Below are positions 57,425 to 64,000 of a DNA stretch of 64,000 nucleotides, in pieces. Within the stretch, counting starts at the first letter, position 1. Each line of letters opens with the position of its first letter. The stretch comes from an uncultured Opitutaceae bacterium (GTDB lineage Bacteria; Verrucomicrobiota; Verrucomicrobiia; Opitutales; Opitutaceae): the NCBI GenBank assembly GCA_947085115.1, contig CAMTVF010000009.1, forward strand, positions 51,787 to 115,786. Reading direction: 5' to 3'. The notes under the pieces are model-generated. The model was not told where the DNA came from, did no database searches, and worked only from the letters and a program-made list of their open reading frames with translations. The position numbers and the translations under genes are program-made.

Positions 57425-59797
57425 ATGCCCATGCAATTTTCCTTCGAAACCAAGACGGCCAGTTTGAGCGTGGGCGATTTTGCGGAGTTTGCCCTTGGCC
57501 CGCGCGAAGGCGGCGGCGGTTCGTCGGGCTTGTGGCGCGCGCAACTGGGGCAGCATTGGCACAATGAATTGCGCCAGCAGATCGAGCACGAACTGGCGGC
57601 CAGCGGCACGAGCGCCACCACCGCCTCGTTCGAAATCGCCATTGCGGGCGAACTCAAGCACCGCGGTTGGACACTCACGCTCGGTGGCCGCATCGACCAG
57701 CTCGTCGGCACAACCCTCCGCGAAATCAAAACTGTCCTTCGTCCGCTCCCGCTCGAGGAGGCGGAACTGCGCGCCGACTACGGCAGTTATTTCCTCCAGC
57801 TCGCCACCTATGTGATCTTGCGCCGCATCCAGGGAGCGAAGGACACCCGCGCCGAGCTCGTCTTTGTCGAAGGCTCCTCCGGTCTCAGTCAGACGATCAC
57901 TCTCAATCCCTTCGACGAGGCGCTGGTTCACCACCAACTCGACGCCGTGGTCAAGTTTCTGGAGTTGCAGCGCCATGCTGCGGAGCGCCGCCATGCTCTC
58001 CGTTTCCACGCGCCCTTCGAAACGCTGCGCCCCGGGCAGGAGAACATTCAGGCCGAACTGAACGCCGCCTTCGCGCACGACCCGATCGTGCTCTTCGAAG
58101 CCCCGACCGGTTACGGCAAGACCGGTTGCGTGCTCGAGTTCGCGCTCGCGAGTTTGCAGAGTGGCCGCTTCGACCGCCTCATCTGGTTGACCGGCAAATC
58201 CACCGGCCAGCTGCAAGTGGTCGAGACCTTGCGTCGCATGACCACACCGCCGCAATGCAACCTATTAGGTGACAAAGCCGGTTGGACGCCGGTGGCGTTA
58301 TGGCAGGTGCGCAACAAGCGCGAACATTGCGTTAACGACGTGTTCCACTGCGTGCGCGATGGCTGCGACTATCTCGCCGGGGCGCCGGAACGGTGGCCGC
58401 AAAGCGGACTGTCCCGCTTCTATCTCGACGACGCGCCCGTTCGCGACATCGGCACCTTGCGCTCGGCCGGACGCGAGTCGCGCATCTGCCCTTACGAGAT
58501 CACCCGAACTTCACTCGCGTTCAACGACGTGTGGATTGGCGATTTTAACTACGTCTTCGCCCCTGAGAATCGCGGACTCTTCTTCGACCAACCAGGCTTT
58601 GATCCCGCGCGCACCCTCCTCGTCATCGACGAGGCGCACAACCTGCCCTCGCGCGTGGCCGATGCCTTCTCGCACGTGGCGGGCGATCAGGAAATCCGCG
58701 CCTTGCTCGTCGAACTCGACCATCAGCGCGCCCCCGCGCCCCTCGTTCTCGCGGTCGAAGTCTGGGCGCGCGTGCTCGGCAGCATCGAGCCGTGCGAAGT
58801 GCTCGACGGCGCTCGCGAGGCCGACGTGCGCGACGCCCTCGCGCGATTGGCCGAGCTCGTGTCCGTGACGCCCCTCGACCATGCCGCGCTCGGCCCCCAC
58901 CACAGCGAAACCCTGTGGAACTTCGCGAGGCTGCACGAGTTCCTCGACGACCTGCACCTGCACCGCCTGCTCTGGAGTCAACGAACGGGCACGCTGGAGT
59001 TCACGTGCATCGACGCCGCCGATGCGATTGGCGAAACGCTGCGCCGTTTCGGCGGTGCGCTGCTTATGTCCGCGACGCTGGCGCCGTTCGATCAATTCGC
59101 GCTGGCGTGCGGACACTCACGCTACACCCCGGTGCGCGCCGTCACGCCGTGGCGCGGTGGTGCTTACGACGTCGCTGTTGATCTGCGAATTTCGACGACC
59201 TTTCGCGAACGGGCGAACCACTACGGCACCACGGCCGAAACGATCGGAGCCCTGCACGCTTCGGCCGGCCGGGCCATCGCGGTGTTTTTTCCGTCCTATG
59301 CCTACGCCGAGGCGGCGTTGCGCGCGCTGGATCACCATGGCTCCGTCCTGCGCGCCACGCTCCAACCGAAGTTGCCGGATCTCGCGGCGCAAGCCGCGTG
59401 GGTCGAAGAGACGCTGGCGCTTGCCGACGCGCTCTTTCTCGTGCTGGGCAGCAGCTTTGCCGAAAGCATTGATCTGCTCGGCGGACGCGTCTCGCACGCG
59501 ATGGTGGTGGGCCCGGCCTTGCCCGAGGTGAACGCCGTGCAGAAAACGCGCACGGCCACCCTCAGCTCACTGGGGCGCGAAGCGGCGTTTCGCCGCGTTT
59601 ATCAGATCCCCGGGCTGCAAAAGGTGAATCAGGCGCTGGGCCGCCTCGTGCGCAGCCCCGGTCATCGCGCCAAGGTGCTGCTGCATTGCCGGCGCTTCGC
59701 GGAGTCAAATTACGCGAGCCTGCTCGACCCGGAATGCCAGCAATACCGCGAGATCACCACGACCGCCGAACTGCGCGAGTGGCTTGCGTCCCCTTAG
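57425..59797 (+). CDS. DinG/XPD-family Fe-S helicase with N-terminal PD-(D/E)XK nuclease-like domain
   Basis: GRIDQL...REIKT nuclease motif; LRPGQ; EAPTGYGKT; four Cys (EHC, FHC, GC, ICPY); DEAHN; MSAT; FFPSY; QALGRLVR. Confidence 0.9.
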   Translation: MPMQFSFETKTASLSVGDFAEFALGPREGGGGSSGLWRAQLGQHWHNELRQQIEHELAASGTSATTASFEIAIAGELKHRGWTLTLGGRIDQLVGTTLREIKTVLRPLPLEEAELRADYGSYFLQLATYVILRRIQGAKDTRAELVFVEGSSGLSQTITLNPFDEALVHHQLDAVVKFLELQRHAAERRHALRFHAPFETLRPGQENIQAELNAAFAHDPIVLFEAPTGYGKTGCVLEFALASLQSGRFDRLIWLTGKSTGQLQVVETLRRMTTPPQCNLLGDKAGWTPVALWQVRNKREHCVNDVFHCVRDGCDYLAGAPERWPQSGLSRFYLDDAPVRDIGTLRSAGRESRICPYEITRTSLAFNDVWIGDFNYVFAPENRGLFFDQPGFDPARTLLVIDEAHNLPSRVADAFSHVAGDQEIRALLVELDHQRAPAPLVLAVEVWARVLGSIEPCEVLDGAREADVRDALARLAELVSVTPLDHAALGPHHSETLWNFARLHEFLDDLHLHRLLWSQRTGTLEFTCIDAADAIGETLRRFGGALLMSATLAPFDQFALACGHSRYTPVRAVTPWRGGAYDVAVDLRISTTFRERANHYGTTAETIGALHASAGRAIAVFFPSYAYAEAALRALDHHGSVLRATLQPKLPDLAAQAAWVEETLALADALFLVLGSSFAESIDLLGGRVSHAMVVGPALPEVNAVQKTRTATLSSLGREAAFRRVYQIPGLQKVNQALGRLVRSPGHRAKVLLHCRRFAESNYASLLDPECQQYREITTTAELREWLASP
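58256..58274. repeat. AT-cored palindrome, copy 3, in frame inside the helicase gene
   Basis: TGCAACCTATTAGGTGACA, read as TGC AAC CTA TTA GGT GAC (CNLLGD). Confidence 0.75.
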
Positions 59798-60807
59798 CTG
59801 CGCTCAACAGTGCCGAGGAAGCTGGCGAAGACCATCTTGCCGCCGGCGGTGGGCAACACGCCGGTGATTTCCGCCGAAACAACGCGGCCAATAAAGGGCC
59901 GGCCATTGTTGACGACGATCATCGACCCATCCGCGAGGAAACCGACCGCCTGACCTTCGTCCTTGCCGGGCTTGCTGAGTTCGACCTCGACGTTTTCGCC
60001 GACGACGATCTCCGGCCGCAGCGCCTTGTCGAGCGCGCTCAAGTTCAGCCACGTTACGCCGTGAAATTGCGCCATTTTTGCAAGATTGTAATCCGTGGTC
60101 AGAAGCTTGGCCCGCAGTGACTGGGCGATGAACACGAGCTTGGCCTCGAGGTCTTGCCGGCGCACGACATCGCTCTGGTGAATCCGAATATCGAGATTCT
60201 TGATCAGCCGGAGTTCGTTCAAAACATCAAGGCCGCGCCGGCCACGGGCCTTGCGGATGGGGTCGGACGAGTCGGCGATGTTCTGCAGCTCCGTGAGGAC
60301 AAAGGAAGGAATGAGCAGCGCTGCCCCGAGAAACTGCGTTTCGCAAATCCGCGCAATGCGGCCGTCGATTAGCGCGCTGGTATCCACCACCACCAGGGGC
60401 ACATCCACCTCGTGGGGCACAAAGCGCACGTAGGGAATCACGAGATTGAATTCATCCCGGCCGCGCAGCGCGATCACCGTGCCGAGATAGGTGCAGACGA
60501 GAAAAAGCGTCAGGCGGACCAGAAAAATAATCTGTGGATCGCCTTCCGCAAACAACGGCGAGGCACTGATCATCCACGCAATCAGCGCGCCGATGCCCAA
60601 GCCGAACGTAATCGCCGTCAAGCCGCGCAAGGAGAAGCCCTTGAGCAGGATGTCGACCAGCACCACCAGCGCCCCGATACCCGCCCCGATGGAGATCGCC
60701 ATCCAGCGGTGTTGGTCCCACTCCTGCACGGTATAGACGACCAGCCAGCTGCCGAAAACGCAGAGGGAAAAGAAAACCAAACGGATAACCAGGAGGGTCT
60801 TGTTCAT
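59794..60807 (-). CDS. Membrane PIN/TRAM domain protein (YacL-like)
   Basis: Four TMs; VDTSALIDGRI; RGRRGLDVL; LTTDYNL; TRAM GKDEGQAVGFLADGSMIVV. Confidence 0.92.
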   Translation of the reverse strand: MNKTLLVIRLVFFSLCVFGSWLVVYTVQEWDQHRWMAISIGAGIGALVVLVDILLKGFSLRGLTAITFGLGIGALIAWMISASPLFAEGDPQIIFLVRLTLFLVCTYLGTVIALRGRDEFNLVIPYVRFVPHEVDVPLVVVDTSALIDGRIARICETQFLGAALLIPSFVLTELQNIADSSDPIRKARGRRGLDVLNELRLIKNLDIRIHQSDVVRRQDLEAKLVFIAQSLRAKLLTTDYNLAKMAQFHGVTWLNLSALDKALRPEIVVGENVEVELSKPGKDEGQAVGFLADGSMIVVNNGRPFIGRVVSAEITGVLPTAGGKMVFASFLGTVERS

Positions 60808-60813
60808 CGGGAA

Positions 60814-60945
60814 TTATTCAAAGGTGCCGCGTCGGATCAGCCAGAGCAGCACAAACGGGATGACAAGAAAAAGAAGCATTACCCCGTAGAGGATGTATTG
60901 CGCCCGCTGCGCTTTCTTCATCATTTCAGGATCCGGTTCCTCCAT
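60814..60945 (-). CDS. Small single-TM protein, 43 aa
   Basis: MEEPDPEMMKKAQRAQYILYGVMLLFLVIPFVLLWLIRRGTFE; ends 6 nt before the PIN/TRAM start. Confidence 0.6.
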   Translation of the reverse strand: MEEPDPEMMKKAQRAQYILYGVMLLFLVIPFVLLWLIRRGTFE

Positions 60946-60973
60946 TTCCCAAAAAATCACAGGTCCACCATTC

Positions 60974-61387
60974 ATGACAACGCAATACTGGCTCGTGAAA
61001 CAGGAACCCACCGACTATTCGTGGGACGATTTCGTCGCCGAGGGCCGGACGGCCTGGACCGGCGTGCGGAATTACGCCGCCCGCCTCCATCTCCGGGCCA
61101 TGGCCAAGGGCGATGCCGTGCTCTTTTACCACACTAATGATGGCAAATGCGTAGTCGGGCTCGCCCGCGTGGTGCGCACGGCCTACCCCGATCCGACGGC
61201 GGACGAGGACGGCTGGGTGGCGGTGGACCTCGAGCCGGTCAAACCCCTGCGCCAGCCCGTCACGCTTGCCCAAATGAAGACTGAACCGGCCCTCAAGGAC
61301 ATCGCTCTGATCCGCCAAAGCCGGCTGTCGGTCATGCCGCTGCGGGCCGCCGAGGTGGCGAAACTCAGGAAACTTGGCGGATTCTGA
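60974..61387 (+). CDS. EVE domain protein
   Basis: YWLVKQEP, WTGVRNYAAR, LFYH, YPDPT, RQSRLSVMP. Confidence 0.93.
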   Translation: MTTQYWLVKQEPTDYSWDDFVAEGRTAWTGVRNYAARLHLRAMAKGDAVLFYHTNDGKCVVGLARVVRTAYPDPTADEDGWVAVDLEPVKPLRQPVTLAQMKTEPALKDIALIRQSRLSVMPLRAAEVAKLRKLGGF

Positions 61388-61400
61388 GGCGAGCGCCTGG

Positions 61401-63032
61401 TCAATTCACCCCGGGGGAATGCGCGAGGTCGACTTCGACGACGACGCGAAACCCGCGCGTCCGGGACCGCTCGGTCAACGGCACGTGGTCGACACTCTGG
61501 CCGTCCGCGCTCAGCGCCGGAGCGGTCTCCGCCTTTGCAGCATCTCGCGCCAACCACTCCCCCAGCCCACCGGTCAGGTCCTTGAACTCGCTGTCGGCGG
61601 CGCCAGCGGCCCGCAATTCCGCTACCGTGGGCAGGCGCACGGGCAGACCCATTACCCAGCTCAGGCGGCGGCAAAATTCCTCGGCCTCGGGCTGCGTGGT
61701 GGAATCCACGGGCAGCACGCGGCCAGTATTGCGGCTCGGATTGGTGTTCATCATCCGTGCGTAGTCGGCTTGGGTCAGTTCGCCGCGCAGCAGTGCGATC
61801 GTGACCGCGCCGGGGAGGGGTGTCAGCTGATCATAGATGCGGTCCTGCATCGTGCCGAGTTCCGCAGCCCGCACGTTGAGGAACGAAAGTTGCAAACGGA
61901 GCGCCTCGTCGATGTTGCGGGCCTTCGGCCAACGGGACGTAACTTCGCCCATTTTCTCGAACGCCTCGCCCACGAGTTGCTGGGCCTGAAAAAGCTGCCG
62001 GCGTTGCAAATGCCCGCGCGCCCGCACCTGCAATTCCGCGATGGCCCGCAACGTCTCCGCAGCGACCACGGTTTGGCGCTCGGCCTCAATTTGCTCGAGC
62101 CGCTCCATCGACATGAACCGACTCGTCCGAAAGCGATCATTCAACGTGCGTTGCGCCTCGGCGGCGTCCGCGAGCGCCGCCGCCGCTTCCGCCTCGCGAC
62201 CGAGCAGCCCCAGGCGGCGCGCATGCTCCCATTGCTGGGTGACCACCAAGTCGAGCCCGTCGGCACTCAGCACCGCCATCTCGGCATCGATGCGCGCGAT
62301 GATCGAGAGATTCGAGTAGCGGGAGCGGGGAAACTCCCGGTTGACCCGCTCCTGCAGATCCCGCGCCCGTTCGAACATCACGAGGGCCTCGGTCCACATG
62401 CCGGCCTTCAGCGCCGTCGTGCCCTGCCCCATCAGTTGTTGCACCTGCGCGGCCATCGGTTCGGCGGCCAGCCGGGTGACTTCCTGTTCGAGCCGCATTT
62501 CCCGGTCGAGATTACGCATCTTCTCGCCCACGGTGCGGTTCAGGTCGCGCTGCAACTCCCACGCCTGCCGCCACAAAATTTCCGCGGCGGCGAGGTCGCC
62601 TACTTGCACCTTCCCCTCGGCTTCCGTCTCGCGCCGCAGACTCTCGTGCCATTTCTCAGTGACGCGCAACCGGTCCAATTCCAGTTCGGTGTGCTGAATC
62701 TGCGGCAGCAACGTGACCATTTCCGCGGGGCGGACGTTGGCAAGTTGCCGCCGGGCATTAAGCAGGTCCTGCAACCGTTTCATCCGCTCAGCGAGCGGGA
62801 TGGTGTCAGCGTTTTCCTCGGCTTCGCGCACTGCTGCCATTCGTTCCTGCAAGACTGCTGCGACCGATTCCTGTTGCACCCTGACCTCCGCAAGACCCGC
62901 GACCCGGTATCGCCAGATCAGCGCGAGCCCGACCGCCACTGGCAAGGTGGCGGCCGCGAACCACCACCGCCGGCGGCGAACTTTCTGGGGTGGATGGTCG
63001 TGATCCTCATCTTGCAACTTCTCAAAGCTCAT
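61401..63032 (-). CDS. Membrane-anchored helical-repeat protein with C-terminal FGE-sulfatase/SUMF1-like domain
   Basis: N-terminal TM; about four helical repeats; ELTQADY...NPS...LPVDS...AEEFCRRLS...RLPTVAE...DLTGGLGEWL...GFRVV. Confidence 0.75.
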   Translation of the reverse strand: MSFEKLQDEDHDHPPQKVRRRRWWFAAATLPVAVGLALIWRYRVAGLAEVRVQQESVAAVLQERMAAVREAEENADTIPLAERMKRLQDLLNARRQLANVRPAEMVTLLPQIQHTELELDRLRVTEKWHESLRRETEAEGKVQVGDLAAAEILWRQAWELQRDLNRTVGEKMRNLDREMRLEQEVTRLAAEPMAAQVQQLMGQGTTALKAGMWTEALVMFERARDLQERVNREFPRSRYSNLSIIARIDAEMAVLSADGLDLVVTQQWEHARRLGLLGREAEAAAALADAAEAQRTLNDRFRTSRFMSMERLEQIEAERQTVVAAETLRAIAELQVRARGHLQRRQLFQAQQLVGEAFEKMGEVTSRWPKARNIDEALRLQLSFLNVRAAELGTMQDRIYDQLTPLPGAVTIALLRGELTQADYARMMNTNPSRNTGRVLPVDSTTQPEAEEFCRRLSWVMGLPVRLPTVAELRAAGAADSEFKDLTGGLGEWLARDAAKAETAPALSADGQSVDHVPLTERSRTRGFRVVVEVDLAHSPGVN

Positions 63033-63123
63033 CAACCGCAGCGCAAACCGCTTTGCGTGTCATGGCAACGAGTTAACGGCTCGCAAGCTGGACAAGCCCG
63101 CGGGATGCGCATTCCGTGGAGCC

Positions 63124-63978
63124 GTGCCCGTCCGCCTCGCCATTCTCGCTCCCGGTCTCCTTGGTGCCTCCGTGGCCCAAGCCGCCCGTCACTTTGGCGC
63201 AGCCCAACACGTCATTCTCTGGGCCCGGCGACCGGACGTGCGCGTGGCGTTGCGCGGGCTGGCTTGGTGCGACGCGGTGGTCGACTCGGCAGCAGAGGCG
63301 GCGCGCGAAGCCGACCTCGTGGTCGTCTGCTCCCCGGTTGATCGCATTGTGTCGCTCGTCGAGGAAATCGTCCCTGCCCTCAAGCCCGGTGCGATCGTCA
63401 CCGACGTCGGCAGCGTCAAGGGCGAGATCACCCGTCTCGCCACCGCTGCGCTGGCCGGTCGCGCGCATTTCGTCGGTTCGCATCCGATGGCCGGTTCTGA
63501 AAAAAACGGTTGGGAACACGCCCGCGCCGATCTCTTCGTGCGCCGGACTGTTTTTATCACGCCGCGGCCCGAGACCGACGGGAACGCCACGGGAAAGGTC
63601 GCTGCCTTTTGGGCGGCGCTGGGTGCCGAGGTAGCGAGCGTCGCGCCCGATACGCACGACGAGATTGTGGCGCACATCAGCCACTTGCCGCAGATCCTGG
63701 CCTCGACCTTGTGCGCCGCCCTCGCGCGCAAAGATGCCGGTTGGCGCAACTTCGCCGGCAACGGCCTGCGCGACACCTCGCGCATTGCCGCCAGCGATCC
63801 CAAACTTTGGCGCACGATTCTAGAGCAGAACCGGGATGAAGTCCTTGTCGCGTTGCGCTCCTACCAAAACGAATTGCACGGGCTTGAACGCGCGCTGGCC
63901 AATCGCGATTGGTTCGAAATGCAGGCGATTCTTGAACGCGGCCAGCAGTATCGTTCGCAGTTCCGGTCCACTCCCTGA
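63124..63978 (+). CDS. tyrA: Prephenate/arogenate dehydrogenase
   Basis: GLLGAS, TDVGSVK, GSHPMAGSEK, HDEIVAHISHLP, GLRDTSRIA. Confidence 0.92.
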   Translation: MPVRLAILAPGLLGASVAQAARHFGAAQHVILWARRPDVRVALRGLAWCDAVVDSAAEAAREADLVVVCSPVDRIVSLVEEIVPALKPGAIVTDVGSVKGEITRLATAALAGRAHFVGSHPMAGSEKNGWEHARADLFVRRTVFITPRPETDGNATGKVAAFWAALGAEVASVAPDTHDEIVAHISHLPQILASTLCAALARKDAGWRNFAGNGLRDTSRIAASDPKLWRTILEQNRDEVLVALRSYQNELHGLERALANRDWFEMQAILERGQQYRSQFRSTP

Positions 63979-64000
63979 CCGCCCCGTCGTTTTTTGCTTC

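Noticed and set aside
57425-59797. Type IV CRISPR (CasDinG/Cas4) or a defence island
   Set aside because: No array, csf/cas genes or mobility genes; the neighbours are housekeeping.

Overview
GC-rich bacterial chromosome segment. Gene content and protein style point to Verrucomicrobiota, most likely Opitutaceae (inference from the PEP-CTERM protein, the Amuc_1098-1101-like pilus cluster, mcsA-mcsB-clpC and a UAP1-type uridylyltransferase). Most of it is housekeeping: speA, pdhABC, pgm, ftsB, clpC/mcsAB, ilvE, ppaC, glnS, gltX, rluA, hpf, hutHUI plus fused FTCD, ybeY, recO-like, a DinG/XPD nuclease-helicase, yacL, EVE and tyrA. No rRNA, tRNA, CRISPR array, transposase or prophage was found. 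The most notable item is a dispersed 19-bp AT-cored palindrome (TG-NN-ACSTAWTAGGT-NN-CA). It occurs twice between genes and once in frame inside the helicase gene, where it encodes CNLLGDK with rare codons. Other items of interest: a nest of REP-like elements after pdhC; a candidate structured RNA after speA; a RipC-like lyase with two RipB-like MaoC paralogs leading into FTCD and converging on hut; a lectin/autotransporter-repeat PEP-CTERM gene broken by two homopolymer frameshifts, under an array of palindromic operators; a decayed M14 peptidase; and several unannotated small ORFs. All calls come from reading motifs by eye; no database searches were run.
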